Assembly (NCBI GenBank): GCA_965198235.1
Contig: OZ240248.1
Coordinates: 2,752,001 to 2,816,000 of the forward strand
From: Candidatus Poribacteria bacterium
GTDB taxonomy: Bacteria; Poribacteria; WGA-4E; WGA-3G
Length of the DNA stretch: 64,000 nucleotides
Reading direction: 5' to 3'
Shown here: one piece after another, positions 40,091 to 49,920 of the stretch
Layout: each line of letters starts with the position of its first letter
Position numbering within the stretch: the stretch's first letter is position 1
Notes under the pieces: model-generated
What the model was told of the DNA's origin: nothing
Databases searched by the model: none
What the model saw: only the letters and a program-made list of their open reading frames with translations
Made by a program: the position numbers and the translations under genes

Positions 40091-40891
40091 TTACAACTGA
40101 ATGATTTGTGTATCGTAGGCGAGATAGGCGTTGTCCGGAAGTTCAATATCCATCTCTTCACACTGTTCCGGGAAATACCGATGGTCTAATCGGTGCATAA
40201 TGTGTGTAAAATAGGTCTCCCTCGGTTTTAGGACAGCACTAATTTCCAATGCTTCGCCAACCGACAGATGTGTAGGGTGTCTCGGATTAAAACTCAACGC
40301 ATCAATCACCAGCACCTCAATCCCGGTCAGTAGATCTTGAGACGCTTTCGGTAGTCGTTTCACATCTGGCAGGTATCCGAAGTTATCGATCCGGTAGCCG
40401 TAGGTGTCAACGTTTCCGTGCTCAACCGGAACCGGTGTAATGTCAAAACCGAACAACTCAAATCTCTGGTCCCGATCAACAACATTTGGAAGCAGATGAC
40501 CGACCCCACCCCCTTGGAACGTCTCCTTTGTGAACATATAATCGAAGTTGCGTTGTAAGATGCCAATTGTTTGTTCGGGACCGTAGATAGGCATATCCAT
40601 CTGCTGTTTTCGGCACGGCATCACAATGTCGTTCGTTCCACTGACATGGTCAGCATGCGAGTGTGTGAAGATAACGGCATCTATCCACTCAATCCGATTC
40701 CGAACGATCTGATCCATGAAATTGGGACCGAGGTCGAATTGGAGGTGTTTCCCATCTTTTTCAACATGGGTTGATGAACGGGTCCGATAGTTTTTCGAGT
40801 TGACATCCCGTGCGTCTTCGCAGGTTTCGCAGTCACACTTATACTCAGGAACGCCTGTTGAGGTGCCTGAACCTAAAATCGTAATCTTCAT
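40091..40891 (-). CDS. MBL-fold metallo-hydrolase (PhnP-like)
   Basis: LGSGTSTGVP..CDCETC, THSHADH, HPTHLS. Confidence 0.9.
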   Translation of the reverse strand: MKITILGSGTSTGVPEYKCDCETCEDARDVNSKNYRTRSSTHVEKDGKHLQFDLGPNFMDQIVRNRIEWIDAVIFTHSHADHVSGTNDIVMPCRKQQMDMPIYGPEQTIGILQRNFDYMFTKETFQGGGVGHLLPNVVDRDQRFELFGFDITPVPVEHGNVDTYGYRIDNFGYLPDVKRLPKASQDLLTGIEVLVIDALSFNPRHPTHLSVGEALEISAVLKPRETYFTHIMHRLDHRYFPEQCEEMDIELPDNAYLAYDTQIIQL

Positions 40892-40960
40892 TTTTTTTAT
40901 TTTTAACTATTAAATCTGTTAACCATCAACTCGTGCTTTAACATTTATAACGGAGTCGAA

Positions 40961-41722
40961 ATGACTAAACTTACGTCCCAAGAATGTCTTGTTCTGGCTG
41001 ATGTCATTGGTGATACACCGACGACGGTTATCTCTGCATCCCGTCTGAAACAGGGAGCGTGCTCGGCTTATGTCGTCGGGACACTGCCGGATGTCACCGC
41101 CGCATTGGTATTTGATGCCTATTGCTCTGATGAACCGTCCGGTTTCGGCACCGATGCTGACGCGCTGTGGCAACTCTTGAAAGCCACTCAGGGATGGGGT
41201 TGTATCGGCGTGAACTCTGCGTGCGCCGAACCCCTTGGTGCACTTATCGAAGCCGATGCCGGCACGTCTGTTCGCTACTACGGTGATGTTTATCACGCAC
41301 TCTTAGAGCCTGTCCACTGTTATCCAAATGAGAACGTTCGCCGTTTGTCATTGGAAGATGTAGAACGTTTGGCGAAGGCTCCCGCGGAAGTCCAAGGAAA
41401 CGGTTACAAAACACACGAAACAATGCTAACAGATGGTATCGCCGCTGGAGCCGTTGTAGATGGCAACATCGTCGCCATCGCACATACCTATGCGGAGACC
41501 GACTTGCATGCTGACATCGGTGTTTCGACAGTCGAGCAGTGGCGTAAAAAAGGATTTGCGACCGCCGCGGCATCCCTTGTTGCACAAGAAATTCAAGCCA
41601 GGGGAAAAGTCCCAGTCTGGAGTTACGGTGAAGGCAATACTGCTTCACTTCGGGTAGCACAAAAATTGGGTTTCACTGAAGTCGCGCAGCGCACCTACGT
41701 CATTCCTGTTTCACCAGAGTAG
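40961..41722 (+). CDS. GNAT-family N-acetyltransferase
   Basis: IGVSTVEQWRKKGFA, NTASLRVAQKLGF. Confidence 0.88.
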   Translation: MTKLTSQECLVLADVIGDTPTTVISASRLKQGACSAYVVGTLPDVTAALVFDAYCSDEPSGFGTDADALWQLLKATQGWGCIGVNSACAEPLGALIEADAGTSVRYYGDVYHALLEPVHCYPNENVRRLSLEDVERLAKAPAEVQGNGYKTHETMLTDGIAAGAVVDGNIVAIAHTYAETDLHADIGVSTVEQWRKKGFATAAASLVAQEIQARGKVPVWSYGEGNTASLRVAQKLGFTEVAQRTYVIPVSPE

Positions 41723-41730
41723 AGTTTTGA

Positions 41731-42993
41731 TTACCCGAGGGCATCGTCTACTTTGTTGATAGCAGCTGCCATCAATCGCGTGTGCTCCTCCTGCATATTC
41801 ACGTTAAACCCAAATCGTAGCGCACGACCGAGGATAGATAAAGTCTGTGGACACATATCCGGCGAGTACTCAACATCTCCTTTGTAGCGCGGATCCTTCC
41901 ACGGATACCCAGAAGCGTCTGGCGAATGTTTGAAAAGGATGGAATCCCAATAGGTATAGATATGCCGATCGGGGAAACCTTCATTATAAGCGGTGCCTGC
42001 GTTCAGTCCCTCTGCTCTGAGCGCATCGGCGTACTTTTTGGCGAGTTCCACATCACGCACGATAATCGCGGCACTAATCCCGCATTCGCCGGTCGGATCA
42101 TCTACATGTTGACGGATATAGCCTTTCGGTTCCTCAGCGAGTTCGGCGGTGAACGCTTTTTTGAGTCGGCGTGTATGTCCCAAGATGTCCTCTAACTTTG
42201 AGAGTTGCACACGTGCGATCGCGCCCAAAATTTCACTCGTTCGATAGCACTGCCGGGAAAAAGGTTTGTTCTGCCACTCAGAATCGCTCATCCACATCGG
42301 TAAGCCGGGTTCCGCTGCGAACGCTGCGCGTTCATAGACATCGTAGTCATCGCTAAAGACAAGTCCACCTTCACCACAGGAGATCACCTTGTAGTAGTTG
42401 AGACTCCACGCGCCTGCATCTCCCCACGTTCCAGCATATTTCCCTTTATATTGTCCACCGACGCACTGACAGCAATCCTCAACAACCAGGAGATTGTGCT
42501 TCTGCGCGAGTTCAACAATCCCCTCAAGCCGACACGGCACCCCTTGCATGTGTACCGGTAAGATAGCTTTCGTATGTGGTGTAATTTTCCGTTCCACATC
42601 GGCGATATCTAAACCGAGCGAATCGTCGATTTCGGCTATCACCGGAATCGCGCCTACACCGACAATAGCAGCGGCGGTTGCGATAAAGGTGTAGCCCGGA
42701 ACTATCACCTCATCCCCCGGTCCGATGCCGACCCCAGTCAGGGCGCAGATGATTGCGGAGGTGCCAGAATTTACCATCAAGGCATGCTTGGCACCGAGGT
42801 GTGCCGCTGCCTCCTTCTCAAAACTGGCTACATTTGAATCCTCAACGAACCGAAAAAGTTTCCCACTGCGCAAAACCTCAGTCACAGCATTGATCTCACG
42901 CTCATCTATCACACTGGGCCCGTGCATTCCGCCGGGTATAGAGTCTGCAATAACGGGTGTTCCGCCATCTATTGCTAAACGTGCTGACATCAT
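41731..42993 (-). CDS. DegT/DnrJ/EryC1/StrS aminotransferase
   Basis: NSGTSA, VVEDCCQ, WSLNYYKVISCGEGG (PLP lysine). Confidence 0.92.
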   Translation of the reverse strand: MMSARLAIDGGTPVIADSIPGGMHGPSVIDEREINAVTEVLRSGKLFRFVEDSNVASFEKEAAAHLGAKHALMVNSGTSAIICALTGVGIGPGDEVIVPGYTFIATAAAIVGVGAIPVIAEIDDSLGLDIADVERKITPHTKAILPVHMQGVPCRLEGIVELAQKHNLLVVEDCCQCVGGQYKGKYAGTWGDAGAWSLNYYKVISCGEGGLVFSDDYDVYERAAFAAEPGLPMWMSDSEWQNKPFSRQCYRTSEILGAIARVQLSKLEDILGHTRRLKKAFTAELAEEPKGYIRQHVDDPTGECGISAAIIVRDVELAKKYADALRAEGLNAGTAYNEGFPDRHIYTYWDSILFKHSPDASGYPWKDPRYKGDVEYSPDMCPQTLSILGRALRFGFNVNMQEEHTRLMAAAINKVDDALG

Positions 42994-43058
42994 TTCCCTC
43001 CACAAAATCTTAGAGCGTCGTTTGTAAATTCACCAAGAAAAACGCCAAATATGGTGAT

Positions 43059-43087
43059 ACTTTATCAGAAGCATCCCTTTTTGTCAA
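43059..43087 (-). promoter_or_regulatory. Candidate sigma70 promoter for the aminotransferase
   Basis: TTGACA-17 nt-TAAAGT. Confidence 0.5.
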
Positions 43088-43110
43088 TCGCGTTTCTCTT
43101 ACAATCTGTT

Positions 43111-44058
43111 CTACCTACGCCACCAACTCTTTTTACCCTGATACGACGCAAGGAGTTTTGAAAGCTCTCTCGCCTTCTTGTCCAAATGCAACACTATCTC
43201 GCACGCTTCGATCACTTTCTGTTTAGCATCCTCGTTTTGGGTAATCTGATAGGCATGGTGGTAACTCTGTGCGACAGCAGTATGATACGCCACGAGGTCT
43301 ACGTCTTCAGGGACTTCGGTCGGAAGTTGCGCAAGCATCTCAACTGCCGCGTCCCATGCCTCTGCTTCGGCATGACAGATAACTTGCTGGTAGCGTAGCT
43401 GGTGTTGCGACGGATCTAACCAATACGCCTGTTCGTAACACGTCACCGCCTCCGAATAAGCGTCATTGGCGACGTGCAACTGCGCAAGCTCCGTATAAAA
43501 AGCGGACAACCCGCTCTCTGTTATTGTATAAAGCGACACACCCGTACTGACGAGCCAGTCTCTCTCCAACAGGAAATCGATCGCTGAATTCCGCTCCTCT
43601 TCTGTGATTTGGATATCGGCGAGGAGGTGCTTGGCGACAGCAGCGTTCGGAAAAATCTTGGTGCGGCTCTTCAGCAACGGATACGCCTGAACCGCTTTAT
43701 CCATCGTGATGAGCTTAATCCCCGTAGCAATACGAAAGAGCGACACGATCTGATCGCTGTTTTTGCGGGACATCTCTTCAGCGATTGCATCCCGATTCTC
43801 TGAAAAATGCTGATTGAGTTCCTCGATTGCATCTCGGATGTTGGTGTCGCTTGGAGCGAGCTGATGTGCTTTTGCTAAAAACCGTTGCGCCGTGAAAAGT
43901 TCTCTCCATGTCCGATAGATTGTCCCCAGTCGAAAATTCGCAAGTGCAAGGGTTGACGTATCGTCAGTCGTGCTGAGGATGCTATCGTAGGCTTGGATGG
44001 CTTCCGCAAGCTTGCCTTCGGTTTCCAACGCTTGTGCATCGGCGATTAGATCTGACAT
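43111..44058 (-). CDS. Tetratricopeptide-repeat protein
   Basis: LAKAHQLAP and AVTCYEQAYWLDP helical repeats. Confidence 0.75.
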   Translation of the reverse strand: MSDLIADAQALETEGKLAEAIQAYDSILSTTDDTSTLALANFRLGTIYRTWRELFTAQRFLAKAHQLAPSDTNIRDAIEELNQHFSENRDAIAEEMSRKNSDQIVSLFRIATGIKLITMDKAVQAYPLLKSRTKIFPNAAVAKHLLADIQITEEERNSAIDFLLERDWLVSTGVSLYTITESGLSAFYTELAQLHVANDAYSEAVTCYEQAYWLDPSQHQLRYQQVICHAEAEAWDAAVEMLAQLPTEVPEDVDLVAYHTAVAQSYHHAYQITQNEDAKQKVIEACEIVLHLDKKARELSKLLASYQGKKSWWRR

Positions 44059-44135
44059 AAGGGGTGCTGTTCCTTAATAGAGTTCGGGATGGGTTTATTA
44101 CATCTGATTTAGTTCATTCATAAATTTTGACTGCT

Positions 44136-44164
44136 ATTTTAGTTAAATAGAATTTGTTTGTCAA
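44136..44164 (-). promoter_or_regulatory. Candidate sigma70 promoter for the TPR gene
   Basis: TTGACA-17 nt-TAAAAT. Confidence 0.55.
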
Positions 44165-44266
44165 GCGATTTACTCGTGTGGTCAAGGACATCTCATTAGA
44201 TGCAGGGTTTTGGTATGAAACCTCTAATGCTCAGTGGACATCCGCTCGTTAGATGTGATACAATCG

Positions 44267-44473
44267 CTAACCCTCCGAAACCCAGTCCTCTGTCGCTTCC
44301 GCGAATTCTTTGGATAACTCCTCAGAAATCGTCTGCTCTAAGAGTTCAATCAGATCTTCACGGAATTTAACCCAATCGTCGCCACGGCGAGTAAACCGGT
44401 GCCTATCCCCAATTTCAACAAACATGGTATCGTTCGGTTCAGACAGAGACTCAAAATAACGTCTAACATTCAT
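44267..44473 (-). CDS. Small acidic hypothetical protein
   Basis: SD AAGGAG, 68 aa, directly downstream of the HAD gene. Confidence 0.7.
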   Translation of the reverse strand: MNVRRYFESLSEPNDTMFVEIGDRHRFTRRGDDWVKFREDLIELLEQTISEELSKEFAEATEDWVSEG

Positions 44474-44521
44474 GATGACTCTCCTTTTATTTTTTATTAA
44501 AAGTACGTATGGGAATATTAT

Positions 44522-45202
44522 TTATAACCATTCGTGCATCTCCCAACCAGATGCGAGGGCTTTCTCACGGAGTACTTTCCCCGGATTCACAACGACGGGA
44601 TTCCCAACACATTCCAACATAGGCAGATCGGATTGACTGTCGCCGTAAGCATAACTCTCTTCCAGTGAAATTCCGTGTTGTTCAGCATACGCTTGCACTG
44701 CTTTCGCCTTCTCCTCCCCGATGAGCGGCGCAGTTGTAAGTTCACCTGTGAACTGCCCGTTTTGCTCATGAAGTTGCGGTGCCAATACAGAATCAATTGC
44801 GAAGTAGTCCGCTATCGGCTGGACAATGAAATCAAGCGAACCGGTTACGAAAACTACGGTGGTGCTTTGCTCCTTGTGCTCCTGAATTTGGGATATCGCG
44901 GCAGGGAAGATCCTCGGACGAAGGTAAGCCTCGAACATTTCGACAGACAACCCCTTAATCTCAGCAACTTTCATCCCACGATAGTTACGATAAAATACCT
45001 GATTGAAACGGGGGCGACTGACTCTGTCCAAAATCAAGTAGTAAACAATCTTCGGAAGGAACCCGATGAGCCATAAGTGCTTTAGAAGGAATGGAGTTTC
45101 TTTGAACCGCATCCAGATATAGTAATGTACAATCGTGGACTTCAATAAGGTGCCATCCACATCAAAAAATGCGACTGCTTTTTTCGGGTTCGGATCCGAC
45201 AT
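44522..45202 (-). CDS. HAD-IB family hydrolase (ElbB-like phosphatase)
   Basis: FFDVDGTL, VTGS, GEEKA, AYGDSQSDLPML. Confidence 0.92.
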   Translation of the reverse strand: MSDPNPKKAVAFFDVDGTLLKSTIVHYYIWMRFKETPFLLKHLWLIGFLPKIVYYLILDRVSRPRFNQVFYRNYRGMKVAEIKGLSVEMFEAYLRPRIFPAAISQIQEHKEQSTTVVFVTGSLDFIVQPIADYFAIDSVLAPQLHEQNGQFTGELTTAPLIGEEKAKAVQAYAEQHGISLEESYAYGDSQSDLPMLECVGNPVVVNPGKVLREKALASGWEMHEWL

Positions 45203-45312
45203 TTTTTAATTATGTGCTCCTGAGTAAAGAAACACCGTTTTTGCTTGGGTGTTTCTTAAGCAAAAACCCTTTCACTGTGGGAGGGGTTTGTAACCCCGAT
45301 TTCTTTCAGGCG
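45200..45312 (-). repeat. Family A element supplying the SD and start of the HAD gene
   Basis: CCTGAAAGAAATCGGGGTTACAAACCCCTCCCACAGTGAAAGGGTTTTTGCTTAAGAAACACCCAAGCAAAAACGGTGTTTCTTTACTCAGGAG...AATTAAAAAATG. Confidence 0.85.
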
Positions 45313-45346
45313 AGTTAATTCGCGACTGTGACTGGGGATCGGTTCG

Positions 45347-48300
45347 CTACTTATAAGACTGTCTCAGCATTGATCCAAGTTTTGCAACTCGATTTTGTGC
45401 CAATTCCAAGAATTCTTGGTATCTGTCAGGGTCAATTGGTGTTTTGTCTTGCTCTCCCCAATCCTTCGGTGGAAAGGTAAACGGTTCACCAAAAACGATG
45501 CGAACAGGATGTTTCTTAGGTAAGTTCCGTCCCTTCGGCAACGCGTGATAGGTACCTTCAATATAAGCCGGTATAACCGGGACGTTAGGACTGTAGATGA
45601 GCAAACTGAGTACGCCCGGTTTAAAAGGTTGAAGTTTACCATCAAGCGAACGTGTGCCTTCAGGAAAGATTAACAAGCCGTTATTTTGCGCCATTACCTC
45701 GTTCGCCGCCCTGAGATCCTGTAGAAACTCAGTAAAATTGCCCTCTCGTTCTATCGGAAGCGCGTTAAGGCACGTCTGAGCAAACCAGCCTTGTAAGCGA
45801 GTAGCAAACCAATAATCGCGTGCCGCAAGCGTCCAGAGCTGGTATGCCTTTGTTCCGAGAGCAGTAATCACCGTCAATGTATCCAGGTGACTTGTGTGAT
45901 TCGGCATAATAATATAGGGCTTGCCCTGTGGAATATGCTCAAGCCCATAGCATTTCAATGAAAAATAGTTCCGATAGATACTGGTAATCACGGTGCGGAA
46001 GGCACGCGCATACCATCGCGGCATCTGCCTGAACTTAGGTTTTCCGTCCTTGCGAAGCTCATCTCTTTCTCTCGCAGTGTCTGTAGGGAACGTCTCGATT
46101 AATTTGACTACATCACCCACTGTCTCCAAATTGGCGAGTAGCGCATCAGGAATTGTTTCACCGAGTCTGGATTCAAGAACCAACAGGAGATCAAGTCGCG
46201 TGAGTGAATCAAGCCCTAAATCGGTATCCAAACGGCTTTCCCGTTGAATCTGGTGTTCCGGCATACGTGCCAATCGTGCGAGAGTGGTGAGGATTTCTTC
46301 TGGTATGTCCGATCTTGGTTCAGCACTATCTACATCCGCAGTAGAATCCTCCTGAAGGTCTGCCATATTTTTAATATGCGCCTCCAAGCTGTGCCTTAGA
46401 CTTTGCCGATCTACACCCCCATCTGCAGTCTTTGGTAGGGCATGATCCCAAAAATGGGATTTGTGGAATTGTTGGTAACTCGGTAGCTGCTTTGCTCGCG
46501 CGTGAAGATGGTGCTGAATCTCTGCTTTTGTTGCCTCGTCGGGAGCTGTCGGCACAATCACGGCATGTATAGCCGTATCGGACCCGTCTTCATAAGGAAT
46601 GCCAAGGACACACATTTCAGAGATAGCCGAACTATCCCGGTAGAGTGCCTCCAATTCAACAGGGTAGACATTCTTTCCAGATGCGGGAACGATAATGTCC
46701 TTGCAGTGCCCAGTGAGATAGAGGTAGCCATCTGCGTCCATGTAGCCTAAGTCGCCCGTGTAGAGCCATCCATCGCGAATAGCTTTTTTTGTAGCATCCG
46801 CGTTCTGATAATAGCCTTTCATTGTACTCGGTCCCTTAGCGATAATCTCTCCGATACCATCGCTATCCGGATTCTCAATCTGAAGTTCCACACCTTCTAC
46901 CGCTGGTCCCACCGATCTCCGTTTACTTTTTAGATATGGATTGACACTGAGAACGGGTGCTGTTTCGGTCATTCCGTAGCCTTGATAAAGTGTCATCCCA
47001 AACTTCTGAAATCCGTCGTAAATCGCATCGGAGAGCGAGGCACCACCACTAACGAGAACACGAATTTCCCCACCCATGACAGCTCGTGCTTTTTCTACCA
47101 ATGTCTCACCCGGTGTGTCTACTCGCGATGCTTGTCGTTCGATGGTGCCTTGGAGCATCTGAAAAAGGCGTGGAACACCGATAAAAGCCGTAGTTTTCGC
47201 CTCACGCATTGTCTTCAGAAGCGTTGTGGGACGGAGTGCATTGACGTAAGTCGCTGTCGTGCCACTGTAAAGTGCCATCAATAAACTACACGAGAAACTC
47301 AATGCATGATACAACGGGAGTGCTGACAGGATCCGCTCCGTGTCTGTCGGTGGAAGTGCTTTTGCCACTGCTTGGACATTAGAAATAAAGCCTCCGTGCG
47401 TAAGCATTGCGCCTTTCGCTTCAACAGTAGTCCCCATTGTAAAGATAATCGAAGCAACGGTGTCTGGAGAAACTTCCACATTCGGAAAATCGGCAGGAAT
47501 CTCGGCAGTTGAGGCTTTGCTCTCCGTACCATCGACACTCACAATTTCGCAGTTCCTGTTGATGTTTTGTAACATCGTCCCTGTTGTTGATAGTGCCGCA
47601 TCGGATTTTTCTAATACACTTTCAGAGGCTAAAATCGATTTCGCAGCGGTGAACTCAGCGATTGCCGAAATTTCATGGGCAGGCGTTTGCGCGTCAAGAG
47701 GAACCACAGCGATACCTATCTGGACAGCCGCAAGGTAAGCGATACACCATTCGGGCTGGTTTTCAGAAACCAACACCACGCGGTCGTCTTTTCGCAAACC
47801 GCTTTCCCATAACTGCCACGCGACTTGGCGCGACTGGGTATACGCCTCCGCATAGGTATACTCTTCCCACCCGCTTTCGTTTGCCATCTGCAGCGCGATT
47901 CTATCCGGGATTCGCGCTGCTTGTATCTTAATCAGGTCTACAATCGTTTTTGGGGGGATTTGGTCTGGGGATAGACCGGATTTAGTCTGGGAATAGACTA
48001 AATCCGTTCCTTGTATTACATTTCCATTCCTTGTATCATATTTCCATTCAGGTGCCGTAGCCGACTCCTCGGATTCATCTTGCGAGCTCGCCTTCTCCTG
48101 TTTTGTGGAAGAAGATGCTTCTGTATCGTCTGCCGTGTCATCTTCAATCTTCAAAACATGTCTCTTTATGCCGGGGATATGAATCTCTTGAAAATACCGC
48201 TTCCAGTGGATCCGTGAAACATCGAAGTTAAAACGCTGCTGTTCTGTAGGTGAAAGCGCGTCGTAAAGCCCTTGCGTCTTCTCCGTTTCAAATTCAAAGT

Positions 48301-49729
48301 TAGTTCGCGTATAAGGTGCGTAGATTCTAATGTAATGCAGGAGTGCTTTGATACCACTCTGCTTCAGGACAAGATGGCGGCGTTTCCGCTTGGCGGCACG
48401 TATCGGAAGCTTGCCGAGTGTCTGAACGGCAAGGTCAACCAGACGCATACGACTATCCAATTTCCGCTGAAATTCTTCTAAACTCGGATATTTCCAGATA
48501 GGCACCGCAATCGGTTTTCCATCCTCCAACATTGGATATTTCACAAAATATTCGTAGGTTGCCTCAAAGATACCTCGAAAATAGAGCGGGTTCTGCGTCC
48601 CTGTCGTGACATGATACACCTCAATACCACCGCGTCTTGCTGTCGCCTCAGCGGCTGCCAAGATAGCATTCACTACAAAATCGACGGGAATAATATCAAG
48701 AATTATATCCGGATCTGCCGGAAAATCCGGGAGTCGCCCTTTCCCAAAACCGACGATCAAAGGTTCGGACATCCGAAACTTACCAAGCCATCCGGGTTCA
48801 GGCTCATCAAAACTACTCTCAATAATTGAGGGGCGCACGATAGCAGTAGGCAGTTCACCGCGCAATTCCATAATCATCTGCTCAGCGAGGAATTTCATAT
48901 AGGTGTAAGTATCGTTCCACCCGCGCGAGCGTGCGTGCTTCAACCCTTCCTCAACCAAGCGTTCCTCAAGCCATTCTGCCTTCAGTTCTTCGACTTGTGC
49001 TTCAAGTCCTTTACGTGTCCCTTTTATCTGCGCCTCCGCTTCTCGCTGAAAGTTAGCGAGATTTTCAGGTAACTCAACTTCAGCACGGATAGCGGCACTT
49101 AGAGAAAGCAACCCTTCGATTTCCTCAGAAAGCGTTCCCGGGATAGCAATTCCTGTCTTTTCGCGATGTTGTGTTGCGTAGTGTTCATAGGGTAGTGGAA
49201 GTTCTTCAGGCACACGTCCCGGTTTGTCGCCACAAACATACGCCGTTGAGACATGGAGAAACACGGCATCCTGACAACCCCTTGCAAAGTTGACAACATG
49301 TTTAGCGGCAAGGGCATTCCCCCACAAAGAATCATCGAAAGGTGGATCAAAATCCACAAGACCCGCGATATTAATAAAGACTTGGACTTCGTTCTGGAGT
49401 CTTTGGTATTTCGCATCGCTGAATCCAAGATGCTCGTGAGTGAGATCCCCTTCAACAGCCATCAGTTTCTGCTGTGCCCATGCCTCAAAATTTTCGCCGT
49501 GTAGCCGACGAAGAGATGCAAAAACATCTGAGGTGAGAAGTTCATTTTCTAAGCGTTCTTGAGCGGAAGTGTGCTTCCCAGTGGTATCGGTGCGGCTCCG
49601 AATGAGAAGATAAATTTTTTGGATATCGGGAAGTGCAGTTAAAATTTTTGCGACCATCGGTTGCCCCAAAAATGCGGTGCCACCGGTAATGAGCAGAACT
49701 TTTCCCCGAAAAAAATCAGTTATTGACAT
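45347..49729 (-). CDS. Multifunctional fatty acyl-CoA reductase / AMP-binding / ACP / PlsC acyltransferase (ElbD-like)
   Basis: FAR: TGGTAFLG, HVSTAYV, YTYMK, RPSIIES, DIIPVD. AMP-binding: YGMTE, TGDLG. ACP: LGLDSL. Acyltransferase: NHTSHLD, FPEGTRS. Confidence 0.9.
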   Translation of the reverse strand: MSITDFFRGKVLLITGGTAFLGQPMVAKILTALPDIQKIYLLIRSRTDTTGKHTSAQERLENELLTSDVFASLRRLHGENFEAWAQQKLMAVEGDLTHEHLGFSDAKYQRLQNEVQVFINIAGLVDFDPPFDDSLWGNALAAKHVVNFARGCQDAVFLHVSTAYVCGDKPGRVPEELPLPYEHYATQHREKTGIAIPGTLSEEIEGLLSLSAAIRAEVELPENLANFQREAEAQIKGTRKGLEAQVEELKAEWLEERLVEEGLKHARSRGWNDTYTYMKFLAEQMIMELRGELPTAIVRPSIIESSFDEPEPGWLGKFRMSEPLIVGFGKGRLPDFPADPDIILDIIPVDFVVNAILAAAEATARRGGIEVYHVTTGTQNPLYFRGIFEATYEYFVKYPMLEDGKPIAVPIWKYPSLEEFQRKLDSRMRLVDLAVQTLGKLPIRAAKRKRRHLVLKQSGIKALLHYIRIYAPYTRTNFEFETEKTQGLYDALSPTEQQRFNFDVSRIHWKRYFQEIHIPGIKRHVLKIEDDTADDTEASSSTKQEKASSQDESEESATAPEWKYDTRNGNVIQGTDLVYSQTKSGLSPDQIPPKTIVDLIKIQAARIPDRIALQMANESGWEEYTYAEAYTQSRQVAWQLWESGLRKDDRVVLVSENQPEWCIAYLAAVQIGIAVVPLDAQTPAHEISAIAEFTAAKSILASESVLEKSDAALSTTGTMLQNINRNCEIVSVDGTESKASTAEIPADFPNVEVSPDTVASIIFTMGTTVEAKGAMLTHGGFISNVQAVAKALPPTDTERILSALPLYHALSFSCSLLMALYSGTTATYVNALRPTTLLKTMREAKTTAFIGVPRLFQMLQGTIERQASRVDTPGETLVEKARAVMGGEIRVLVSGGASLSDAIYDGFQKFGMTLYQGYGMTETAPVLSVNPYLKSKRRSVGPAVEGVELQIENPDSDGIGEIIAKGPSTMKGYYQNADATKKAIRDGWLYTGDLGYMDADGYLYLTGHCKDIIVPASGKNVYPVELEALYRDSSAISEMCVLGIPYEDGSDTAIHAVIVPTAPDEATKAEIQHHLHARAKQLPSYQQFHKSHFWDHALPKTADGGVDRQSLRHSLEAHIKNMADLQEDSTADVDSAEPRSDIPEEILTTLARLARMPEHQIQRESRLDTDLGLDSLTRLDLLLVLESRLGETIPDALLANLETVGDVVKLIETFPTDTARERDELRKDGKPKFRQMPRWYARAFRTVITSIYRNYFSLKCYGLEHIPQGKPYIIMPNHTSHLDTLTVITALGTKAYQLWTLAARDYWFATRLQGWFAQTCLNALPIEREGNFTEFLQDLRAANEVMAQNNGLLIFPEGTRSLDGKLQPFKPGVLSLLIYSPNVPVIPAYIEGTYHALPKGRNLPKKHPVRIVFGEPFTFPPKDWGEQDKTPIDPDRYQEFLELAQNRVAKLGSMLRQSYK

Positions 49730-49920
49730 AATTCTCTTTTCTGTGTCATGATAGATATTTGAACATATTGCACGAGGTCCTCACGCCTTGCATTGTTCTC
49801 AACTTATATTCGTGAATTTCGTCTAATCTTTCGGTAAATCACCCAAAACGCAACTTACAAGCCAAAACATCCTATTAAAAATAACACATTTTCTATAAAA
49901 AGTCAAAGGCTGAATAGATA

